Source of the DNA: Octopus sinensis
Taxonomy: Eukaryota
Reading direction: 5' to 3'
NCBI RefSeq assembly: GCF_006345805.1
Contig: NC_043017.1
Location: 11,904,001-11,968,000 of the forward strand
DNA length: 64,000 nt
Part shown: positions 50,816 to 62,089 of the stretch, one piece after another
Numbering within the stretch: position 1 is the stretch's first letter
How the letters are laid out: each line of letters opens with the position of its first letter
The notes under the pieces: generated by a model
Database searches by the model: none
The model's input: the letters and a program-made list of their open reading frames with translations, nothing else
What the model was told of the DNA's origin: nothing
Position numbers and translations under genes: made by a program

Positions 50816-52901
50816 TTGCAGAATGTTATATAATATGGGATTAGAGTATTGACAACATGAAATTAGAAGATCTGTTGAGATCCGGTAAGATCCAATCATT
50901 TTAGAGAGGAAACAGTAATGGCAAGGTAGTTGATGATTTAACTCTGGCACCTGGCTATTTCTGATGACAAGAAAGGAGCTGTTAGCAGCAGCGTATACAC
51001 ATGCATGTGTGTGCTTGTGTGTGCATGTGTATGCTTGTGTGTGCATGTGTGTGTGTGTGCTTATATGTGTACGACAAGGAGAAAGCAAACACACACACAC
51101 AGACAGACATGCAGTATAATGGAACAAACAGGGAATCTCTGTTTAGTTGCAAGACCTGCTAGAGGTAGCAGCCAAATTTCTCTCATATTACACATTGCTG
51201 TTCTAAAAGAACAGGACCCATTAGACAATGTTAAGTGTTGGATGTAAGAGTAAAATGTGGGATATTCAAGACTGAAATACCTTTCTTTTTAGGTCTGCTA
51301 CAAGAGAAGAACTGACATGGGGCTGTAAAAACAACAACAATACACACTAAAAAAAATACATATACTGATACTGACAACTCACATTCAATCACTCTCTTCC
51401 CTCTCTTTCTCTCTTCTTTCCCATCTCACTCTCCTCCCTCTCTCTCTCCTCACTTTTCATTCTTTCTCAAAATGTGTCTCCCTTTATTGTAAGACACTTG
51501 TTTCTGTTCTTCATACTCTAACCACTCACCCCCTCTCCCTCAATACCACTCTCGCCACCCATCCGGTCAAGGGATTCTTGCAAGTTACTTGATGGTCTCA
51601 TTGCTGCTCTTGTACCATGTAAAAAATACCCAGAACACTCTGTAATATGGTTGGAATTAGCCTGGAAGTTATTTTCTGTGAGGCAAAACCTTCAGCAATT
51701 TGCTCTGGATCTCAACAACAGCATTAAAACGGTGACCTTTGAACTATATATATCCGACAGGCTTCTTTCAGTCTTCTGTCTCACAAGGCTTTGGTCGGCC
51801 CAAGGCTATAGTAGAAGACACTTGCCCCAGGTGCCATGCAGTGCAACTGAACCCGGAACCATGTGATATATATATATATATTGCATTTTCCTGGCATTTT
51901 ATCAGTCGTCTCAGATGTTCTTTGTTCTCCTGTAACCCCAAATACTTTGTCATTTTGTCTTTATATATTCTGAGTTCAAATCCTGGGAGGATTCACTGTG
52001 CCTATATTCTGATGTGGTGGTGCTCTAGAAAGGCCAGAGTCCATTGCATTAAACTAGAAAAATATTTAATGACCCAGTATGTATAATCAGATTTGTTATA
52101 AGCTGATGATGATAGCGAGGAGGCGGTGGAGGAGGAAGAGAAGGAAGATGATGGTTCGAATGATGATAATGATGTTGATGATGATGATGATGAAGATGAA
52201 TGATGACAATGGTAATGATGATGATGATAATGATGTAGGAGAGTTTCAGTGTCTTTAAAACAAGAAGAATTGTAATGAAATTGGATACAGTTTAGCTAAT
52301 CAATCTTAATATAACATCAGGTAGATCTATGATGGCAGTTTGTCACCTTGATGATAATGGTGGTGGTGGTGGTGGTGGTGGTTGTATTAGTGGCTGTTAT
52401 TGTAGTTGTTGTTGTGGTAGTGGTGGTGGTGATAGTAGTTGAATTAGCGATTGTCGTGGTAGTTGTGACAAGAGCTGTAATTGTCGTGGTGATAGTTGTA
52501 GAGGTGGTTGTGTTAGTGATATAGTGGTGCTAGTGTAGCTTTTCGGTGGTGGTAATGGTGGTAGTAGTGGTGGTGGTGTTAATGGTAGCAGCAATCTTGT
52601 GAGGATATTTTAATTCTTGTGGTGGTGGTGGTGGTGGTGAAGGCAATAGTAGATAATTGGAGATGACATGCCAACCATGAGCCTCCAGACGTTTTTCTGT
52701 TTCCAAAAGTATTTCGTCTGATGCATTCTTGCTTTCTTTTTCTTTTTTTTTTTCTTAAGACAGGAGGGAAATTCAGCTGCTATCTCTAGCAAGTCAGGTG
52801 ACTGCAAAGAGACTGTCTCATTGATTTTGCTGCCAAGTACATCTACCTGACACAACACAATGTCTTGTGAAAGGACCCAGTGTTCTCACTGTTTCTCTTA
52901 C

Positions 52902-53047
52902 CTGTCGGTGCACCTGAGCACCTGAGCACCTGAGCACCTGAGCACCGAAGACAGTTCGTTTTTATAATTGTCAGTGCAGCAACTAAATGCTTGGTGGGAT
53001 TTCTTCTGATTCTTGAAGTTCAGGATGGCAGGGCGGGCGGGCGGGGG
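52902..53047 (-). promoter_or_regulatory. Candidate GC-box promoter plus first exon with four tandem E-boxes
   Basis: GGGCGGGCGGGCGGGGG at about 53031-53047, (CACCTGAG)4 at 52911-52942, minus-strand donor CAG|GTAAGA at 52902/52901. Confidence 0.25.
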
Positions 53048-53080
53048 TGAAGGTTGCAGGGAAGTGAAGGAAGAGACATG

Positions 53081-53120
<40 letters not shown>

Positions 53121-53605
53121 TAGAAATACGGAATGAAAGTGAAAGTGGAAGTAGGATGTTTACATTGAAATATAAAGGAGGAAGTATGTATGGGGGGGAG
53201 GGAAATAAAGAGTGAAGTGGAGGGGGGGAATGAAATAGACTGAAACATGTAAATGGTGTATATTGAATGGTAATGTGTAGAGTAGGTGTGTATTGTGTTG
53301 TGTGCACTACTGTGTTAAACTGGTGTGTGTTGTGTGTGTATAGTGTGTGATACATGAAAGAGGGGAGGTGAAGTGATAAATAAAATGGAACTTAAAGGGT
53401 ATATAGAATGAAGAAGATAGAGGGAGTGGAGGGTTTAGATTGGAGTGTGTATGTATGTATATACATGTGTGTGTGTGATTATGCTGGCACCTAAGACAAT
53501 TAGCAAAACCATGGTACAGACAATCAAGTCGTAGTTGCAAGTGATGGTCATAGTGTACGTGTGTGTATGTGCACACACACTAAAAGAGACAGAAAGAGAA
53601 TGTAC

Positions 53606-53644
<39 letters not shown>

Positions 53645-54030
53645 CTAGCAGTATCGCCCGGCGTTGCTTGGGTTTGTTTCGATCCTTTAGAATTGGAATT
53701 TTTGAAAAGTAAAAATTTTGCATTATGTAGCTTGTTACTCTCTTTAAGTGAACATTTTTCTGGTTGAAAAACACCAAAAAATGGCGACACAGCAGTCAAA
53801 AAATCGTAGAAAATAGGGATTTTCATAGAAAAAAAGCACCTTTTTGATTTAAATCATTTTTGGTCTTAACATGGTCCGATTTGAATTTTATCTTCTATGG
53901 AATGAAGAGCAAGCCTTCTACTATCATACTTTCAATTTTGGTCAACTTGCGCCTCAGGGTCTCGGAGGAGATAGGGTTAGTTGAAGGCTACCAAACCTGC
54001 CACACACAGACAACTTCAGCTTTATATATA
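53645..54030 (-). mobile_element. Non-autonomous Helitron-like element
   Basis: On the + strand begins actagcagtatcgcccggcgttgcttgggtttg and ends cacacagacaacttcagctttatata, like 5349-5715; 5' TC is obscured by (TA)n. Confidence 0.65.
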
Positions 54031-54439
54031 TATATATACACGTGTGCATGTTTATATGTATATAGTATGTATGTTTGTATATGCATATGCATGTATGTCT
54101 GTTTGTGTATATATGTGCATATGTATTTTCTATCTTTTACATGTTTCTGTCATTGAATTGCGACCATGCTGGGGCATCTTGACGGGCTTTAGTCAAACAA
54201 TTCAACTCCTGTAGTTGTTTTTAAAACCTGGTTCTTATTCTATTGGCCTCTCTTTTCCACTTATAAATAAACATCCACACACACACATAAATGCAGGTAC
54301 ATGCACCCAGCACAGAGCAATCCTCATTAAATTGAAAAACAATGAAGTTCCCGATGCTTCTAGCTTTCATTGATTCATTTATTTCTGCATAAAACAGTCT
54401 AAAAGTGAAAGTGAAAGTAGAAGATATCAACAACAACAA

Positions 54440-55190
54440 CAACAACAAGAGCGATGACAACAATGAAGACGGCAGCGAAGACGCCGCCGACGACAGTGAA
54501 ATTGTTTTTAATGTTACAAGTTTGACATCTTCCTTCCTCTCCTGCCACAAGGAACATCATGTTCAGGGTTGGCAACCCTTTTAAAGAAATCTATTCTGAG
54601 CCTTGCAACATGTTCGCCTCGCCTCACATCACTTCACCTCAGTTCGCTTCTCCCCCCCCTCTCTTCTCTCTCTTTTTCATTCTTCACTTATCTGTCTCTA
54701 CCCCTTTTCTCTCTCTCTCTCTTTCTTTTTCTTCCTTCTACTTTTGGTCTTTTTATTTTTTCTGCTTATTCTTTGTTTTTCCCTTTCCTTTTAATTTCCT
54801 TGTTTCTTTCTTTCTTTATGCTGCCTTTCCTCTCCCTCCCCCTCTCTCTCTTCGACTCTGCTTTTTCTTTTTTCTTTCTGCAGGCTTTCCTCCCTCCCTC
54901 CCTCTTCCCCCCTTCTCTGGTCTCTGCTTTCTTTCCTGTTTCTTCCGGTTGTTTCAAAAGAGAAGTCAAATCATAAACAAACAGTTTTCCTTTCGCGAAT
55001 GTCACTCTGTGTTTGACATGACCGTTTCCTTATCCTTGGCACAGAGAGGCCCTGACCAGGCTGTGACAATCTCGTCCCCACATACACTTCACAGTGGTAA
55101 CAGAATGGATTGCTGGAAGTGGGGTTTGACGACAGCCTGCATATAGGGGAAGAGATCTGTCTGTGTGAATATGTGCTTCCGGATGTAGTT
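54440..55190. promoter_or_regulatory. CpG-retaining, CT/GA-rich promoter-like region
   Basis: Local CpG cluster, ETS-like CCGGAAG at 54942-54948 and 55176-55182 (minus strand), TTCGCGAA palindrome at 54992-54999. Confidence 0.25.
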
Positions 55191-55569
55191 GAATATTATC
55201 TGTGTGTAGGTGTGTATGAGTGTGCCAGAGAGAGAGAGAGAGAGAGAGAGAGAGCATGTAAGACCTTCTTTATTCCTCTGTTTAGCCATCCTTCTCTCTC
55301 TCTATCTCTGTATATATATTTATATATATATATATATCATCACTATCATCATCATCATCGTTTAATGTCTGCTCTCCACACTGGCATGGCTTGGACAGTT
55401 CGACATGGAGCTATCCAGATTCCAACTGTCTATTGTGGCATGGTTTCTACACCCCCGATGCCCTTCTTATATATATATATAATATAGATATATATATATA
55501 TAAATTAACCAATAGAGTATTTTTAGTATGCTGGCCACTGATAAATCATTAAATAATAATTTTATCCTA

Positions 55570-55623
55570 ATTATGTGTATATTATATATATATATATATA
55601 TATACATACATATATATATCTAT

Positions 55624-55679
<56 letters not shown>

Positions 55680-55884
55680 CATATAATATATATATATATA
55701 TACATATATTACATATATATACTCTATATACATAATATATACATATATATACATATATATATATATATAACATATATACATATATATATACATATATCCA
55801 TATATAATCTACATATATACATATATTATATATATATATAGTTATATTATATATATATAATACATATATATATACATATATATA

Positions 55885-55943
<59 letters not shown>

Positions 55944-55964
55944 CAATATCTATATTATATATAG

Positions 55965-55997
<33 letters not shown>

Positions 55998-55998
55998 C
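55570..55998. repeat. Long (TA)/(TACA) microsatellite
   Basis: Direct reading. Confidence 0.95.
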
Positions 55999-56116
55999 CG
56001 GAATAAACACATAAATGTGAAACAAGGTGGAAAACAGAGTACTCAAATACCAAAGGTAGAGTAATATGCTTTATTTAAAAGCAGCGCAGAAATTTAACAA
56101 AATACTTTAAATAAAG

Positions 56117-56148
<32 letters not shown>

Positions 56149-57419
56149 TACATTTCATAGCACATAAGAGAACATTATAATCACAAATTGTTTTAAGGTA
56201 ATAATGTGTGTGTGTGTATGTCATATATATATATATGATAGGTTTCTTTCAGTTTTCATAGATAAAAATCCACTTACTAGTGGGCCATAGTCGAAGACAC
56301 TTGCCCCCCACCCAAGATGTCATGCAATGGCACTGAACCTGAGGATACATGGTTGGGAGGCGATCTTCTCAAGCACACATACATTGTTGCACCTCTCAAT
56401 GAATAGAAGAATTCAGTCGTTTGGTTGATTGGAGAATTAGAATATTCATTATCCAAACCAGCTGAGGATTCGTTTACAATGTGCAGGAGGTGACATTAAA
56501 ATGGTAACCAGAAATATTTATGTGGTGAGAACAAAGCAATATTTGTCAACGACTAATATGGTTTTCATTTAGGCTCCTGGCATTAAGCATATTAACACTA
56601 ATTTAACTATGAACACAGCCATATACAGGTTTCCCTTGTTAACTTGATAAAGGTGACATGTTTAATAACCTGTGACATGTTAAAAGTGACATGTTAGAGG
56701 CTAACTATACATATTCCAGAATAATGCAATCAATATTGACTCAACCTTAGTTTTCTGTTTTGATTCCATTCACATCTCAAAAACAAGAGTTTAATTTGAC
56801 CCCAGTATCTTACTGGTTCTTTTTTTTATCAAACCATTGAAAATGAAGGCAAAAGCATGTCTTTGAGGTTAAGGAGTTTACTTCTCAGCCACATGGTTCC
56901 AGGGTCAGTCTCATTGCATGGAGCCTTGGGCAAGTATTTTGTCCTATAGCCCTGGGATAACCAAAGCATTGTGAGTTGATGGAAGCTGAAAGAAACCCAC
57001 GTGTGTGTATGTGTGTGCGTTACTGTCTTCTTGACTTCAAATTGGGTGGTAGCTGTAAACGAGTGTCACTGTTATACAAGCAGTGTTGTTCATTTCCAAT
57101 CTTCTCTGAAAAAATGTCTGGCTATGGGGAAATATTGTCTTACTTGGAAACATAGCCTTCTAAGCTTTCAGTCAATCATATTGATCTCGTAGATATTTTA
57201 TCGATCTCTGTTTATTAAACCGTTGGGTTATGCTTCAAGTAATGAGAATGACACTGGTTGATACCAATCAATATCAAAACACACACAAGTGTCGACTATG
57301 TGTGTGTGAATGGTCCCAATGTTCTGATCAACTGACCTTATTGGGACTATCAGCCTTCTTGTCATTTTTAAACAGCCCAAGAGGGAGGTGTTGTTTGCCA
57401 ATTGCTTAGATAATTATAT

Positions 57420-58454
57420 ACATCATCATCATCATCATCATCATCGTTTAACGTCCGTTCTCCATGCTAGCATGGGTTGGACGGTTCGACCGGGGATCTG
57501 GGAAGCCAGAAGGCTGCACCAGGCTCCAGTCTTATCTGGCAGTGTTTCTACAGCTGGATGCCCTTCCTAACGCCAACCACTCCGTGAGTGTAGTGGGTGC
57601 TTTTTACGTGCCACCTGTACAGGTGCCAGGCGAGGCTGGCAACGGCCACGGTCGGATTGGTGTATTTTATTGTGCCACCGGCACGGAGCCAGATGAGGCG
57701 GTGCTGGCATCGGCCACGAGTCGGATGGTGCTTTTTACGTACACCAGACAGGGATCCTGGCTGGTTCATTCGATTTTGACTTCGATTTCGATTTCGCTTG
57801 CCCCAACATGTCTTCGCAAGCAAGGGGGTTGGCATGGGTGCCTGTCGTACGGTCAGATTGGTGTATTTTATGTGCCACCGGCACAGAAGCCAGTGGAGGC
57901 GGCGCTGGCATCGGCCACGAGTCGGATAGTGCTTTTTACGTACCACAGACCAGGATCCTGGCTGGTTCAATTCGATTTTGACTTCGATTTCGATTTCGCT
58001 TGCCCCAACATGTCTTCGCAAGCAAGCATGGGTGCCTGTCGTCGGATGAGGTTCTATATCGGCTTCGCTTGCCCCAACAGGTCTTTGTGTCCAAGGGAGG
58101 AAAGGCATTCATAAGTGGGCTGGGCTCACTTGTCCTGCCTGGTCTTCTCACGTACAGAATATTTCCAAAGGTCTCGGTCGCTGGTCATTTCCTCAGTGAG
58201 GCCTAAAGTTCGAAGGTCGTGCTTCACCACCTCGTCCCAGGTTTCCTGGGTCTACCTCTTCCACGGGTTCCCTCAACTGCTAAGGATTGGTACTTTCTCA
58301 CACACCTATCTTCATCCATTCTCGCCACATGACCATACCAGCGCAATCGTCTCTCTTGCACACCACAACTGATGCCTCTTAGGTACAACATTTCTCTCAA
58401 GGTGCTAACGCTCTGTCGAGTATGTACACTGACATTACACATCCATCGGAGCAT
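57420..58454 (-). mobile_element. 5'-truncated RTE-clade LINE: ORF2 C-terminus, long repetitive 3' UTR, (GAT)n tail
   Basis: MLRWMC..VQERRLRWYGHVARMDEDRCVRK..RGRGRPRK, then after a 1-bp frameshift TWDEVVKHDLRTLGLTEEMTSDRDLWK, stop at 58126-58128; the UTR equals family C. Confidence 0.9.
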
Positions 58455-58763
58455 ATATATATATATATACATATGTGTGTATATATATGTATTTATGTAT
58501 GTATATATATGTATTTATGTATGTATATATGTATTTATGTATGTATATATATGTATTTATGTATTTATGTATGTATATATGTATTTATGTATGTATATAA
58601 ATGTATGTACATATGTATATTTATGTATGTATGATTTAAAAACCCCACTAGAATGGGAGAAAGCGCTAATGATCTAAGTGATATGATATATATATATAAA
58701 AATGCAATATACAAATAAATATCTGTAAATATAAACCATCCGATCTTCTGAGTACCTCATTTC

Positions 58764-58800
<37 letters not shown>

Positions 58801-58877
58801 CACACATACACAAACATATATACATAAACACATACACAAACACACATATATATTCATACATCAAGAGACTGAGAGAA

Positions 58878-58928
<51 letters not shown>

Positions 58929-59455
58929 ATGGAGGTCTTTTCTGATTTCTAATCTAAACACAATTAATTTGTTCACCAAACTCAGAGCCCCAAAACATCT
59001 TAAAATTGCAATAAAATATTAACAGATATTCAAATTCCTTTCACATCAGACTGTAATAAAGAAATCTCTTGTGTTCTTTGATATATATTTTTTTGTCTAG
59101 TTCCATGTAATTTTCCTAGAAAATAACAAGCTGTGTACAGTCGATAACAAAAGAATTTTAGTAACTCTGCATATTCCAATTATAAATATTTAATGATATT
59201 TTTAATGAATTTTCAATCTCATTTTTCACTCTAAACTAAAAATCATTGCAATTCCTTGAAAGAATTATGTTTGTGTGTATATGTATATATTTGTATATGT
59301 ATGTATACGTGCATGTATGTGTTTGTTGTGTCCCTTGTGAGCACTGATGCAAGCAGACCATTGATCAAAGACATCTCAGTCCAGATTATATTGTCCAACA
59401 TGTCCTTCCTTATTTAAGACAATAGTGTGAGTCTTGAGAGATGTGGTTATTATTT

Positions 59456-61206
59456 CTAGCAATCTAAACTGTCCATATAAAACAGCGACTTTCTTCCAAC
59501 ATTTTTTTAACACATATTTTCTCCAAGCATGGCTGTGTAGTTAAGAAACTGCTTTGCACTCGTGTGGTTTCAGGTTCAGCTCAGATTAAGAAAGGTGGGC
59601 ATAGGGGCCACCTTGTAATTGTTTTGCTGCCTGGGTTTATGCCCATGAGTCTGTGTGTGGTTTTTATGTGAAATTTTGTACCTGCCACAAAATAAAAACA
59701 AAAAAAATTGAAATGTGTTTGTATTTTTTTCTTCTTTGAGTCGGATTGTCCAGACCTATGATCACAGTATTCCTATGATCACAGTATTCCTATGATGACA
59801 GTATTCCTATGATCACAGTATTCCTGCTATGCGTGGACCACCTCATTCACTTTGTTTCTAGATATAGTATATCTATAATTTACATCAATTCCATTACTTC
59901 TTTTCTAAGATGGCAAATGGAGTAATTTGATGGTTTAGCTGCTATTCTTGTCAATCTTTTTTTTAAATGATAATCTTAAAAAAAAGAAAAAAATGTTAAA
60001 GCAAATTAAAAGAAAAAGTAAACCCTACGGAAAGTACTAGAGCCGACTAAGAGTTCTTCTTTATGTGAGAGTGACAATAGGAGGGTGTCTGGCCATAGAA
60101 AATTTATTTGAATAAACTCCATCTGACCATGCAAGCTTGAGAAATAGATGTTAAAACAATGATCATTTAACCCTTTGGTTACCATATTTGTTGAGATGCT
60201 CTGTGTTTCTTTCAATTATTTAAAATTTAACAAAGAATTTAGTAAATAACTTCGTTATCATTAAGCTAGTGTTAGGANNNNNNNNNNNNNNNNNNNNNNN
60301 NNNNNNNNNNNNNNNNNNNNNNNNNNNNNNNNNNNNNNNNNNNNNNNNNNNNNNNNNNNNNNNNNNNNNNNNNNNNNCTAGCAATCTAAACTGTCCATAT
60401 AAAACAGCGACTTTCTTCCAACATTTTTTTAACACATATTTTCTCCAAGCATGGCTGTGTAGTTAAGAAACTTGCTTTGCACTCGTGTGGTTTCAGGTTC
60501 AGCTCAGATTAAGAAAGGTGGGCATAGGGGCCACCTTGTAATTTGTTTTGCTGCCTGGGTTTATGCCCATGAGTCTGTGTTGGGTTTTTATGTGAAATTT
60601 TGTACCTGCCACAAAAATAAAAACAAAAAAAATTGAAATGTTTGTTTTTATTTTTCTTCTTTGAGTCGGATTGTCCAGACCTATGATCACAGTATTCCTA
60701 TGATCACAGTATTCCTATGATCACAGTATTCCTATGATCACAGTATTCCTGCTATGCGTGACCACCTCATTCACTTTTGTTTCTAGATATAGTATATCTA
60801 TAATTACATCAATTCCATTACTTCTTTTCTAAGATGGCAATGAGTAATTTGATGGTTTAGCTGCTATTTCTTGTCAATATTTTTTTTAAATGATAATCTT
60901 AAAAAAAGAAAAAATGTTAAAGCAAATTAAAATGAAAAAGTAAACCCTACGGAAAGTACTAGAGCCGACTAAGAGTTCTTCTTTTATGTGAGAGTTGACA
61001 ATAGGATGGGTGTCTGGCCATAGAAAATTTATTTGAATAAACTCCATCTGACCCATGCAAGCATTGAGAAATAAATGTTAAAACAATGATCATTAACCCT
61101 TTTGTTACCATATTTCTGTTGAGATGCTCTGTGTTTCTTTCAATTATTTAAAATTTAACAAAGAATTTAGTAAAATAACTTCGTTATCATTAAGCTAGAG
61201 TTAGGA
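59456..61206. repeat. About 820 bp near-identical tandem duplication around a 100-N gap (probable assembly overlap artefact)
   Basis: 59456-60277 is similar to 60378-61206, differing mostly by 1-bp indels; N run at 60278-60377. Confidence 0.9.
59755..59825. repeat. 17-bp tandem repeat (cctatgatcacagtatt) x4, also at about 60680-60750
   Basis: Direct reading; derived from the E-module motif gacctatgatca. Confidence 0.9.
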
Positions 61207-61317
61207 ACATAAATTGTGACTAAGGTTTGGTGGAAGATTTTAATTCAAAACTCATGCAAACAAGACATTTGTATTACAGATTCAGGGGCGGTTTTGGCCA
61301 GGCTGGTAACGAAAGGG
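61097..61317. mobile_element. piggyBac-like MITE (221 bp)
   Basis: TTAA|CCCTTTTGTTACC ... GGTAACGAAAGGG|TTAA: 12/13 TIR match and TTAA on both sides; truncated copy at 60171-60277. Confidence 0.85.
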
Positions 61318-61760
61318 TTAATTGTAATTAGGGGTTTTATTTGATTGTGGTCAGCAAATTAAAAAAACAACAACATAATATCAATTACTAGAAAAAGGTA
61401 AGACAAAATTATGTGTTTATGCATGTAAGTGTATGTATGTACGGATGTATGCATGTAAATGTGTGTATATGTGTGCAGACGTATGTATGTGCATCTGTGT
61501 ATATACGTATATATGCACATAAGTATATATGCATACATATATACATGTATGTGTATACATGTATGTGCATATGTGTGTGTGTATACATATACGTATATAA
61601 GTACATGTGTGTGTATGTCTGAGTGCATGTGTACATACATGTGTGTCTGTGCAGGTGTAGGTATGTACCTCTATGTGTGTGTTTTTGTAAAGCATGGTGA
61701 TTAATTGCTGTAATAATAAACAGTTATTAACTTCCCAATCTCCATTTTCTTTTTCTTCTG

Positions 61761-61820
<60 letters not shown>

Positions 61821-61940
61821 TCTTGTCTGTAAACATAAATCTCAAACAGAAGCACATGCTAAGTTAATGACCAGTATATAAAATCTCATAAACCAGCCTT
61901 ATCTAACTTTATTTATATTATAATATATATATAATATATA

Positions 61941-62058
61941 TTGGCCTGCTCGCTTAGCCAGCGGGGTGGCGTCATTCGAAGGCTAAAACAATGCGAACGC
62001 ATTGTGATCAGCGATGTGCAGCAACATCTGATGGTCTGGTCAGTCACGTGATCACGTG

Positions 62059-62060
<2 letters not shown>
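61941..62060 (+). mobile_element. SINE family D, 3' fragment
   Basis: Matches the reverse complement of 4344-4465; embedded in (TA)n. Confidence 0.75.

Positions 62061-62089
<29 letters not shown>

Noticed and set aside
52662-52694. KRLEAHGWHVI resembles the transketolase motif KRFEAYGWHVI
   Set aside because: The following VDGH motif is absent, the upstream residues do not match and there is no good donor; likely coincidence, and a tBLASTn would settle it
57464-58114. ORFs at 1483-1908, 48128-48490 and 57464-58114 as genes
   Set aside because: They read through the GC-richer RTE 3' UTR (family C) repeat
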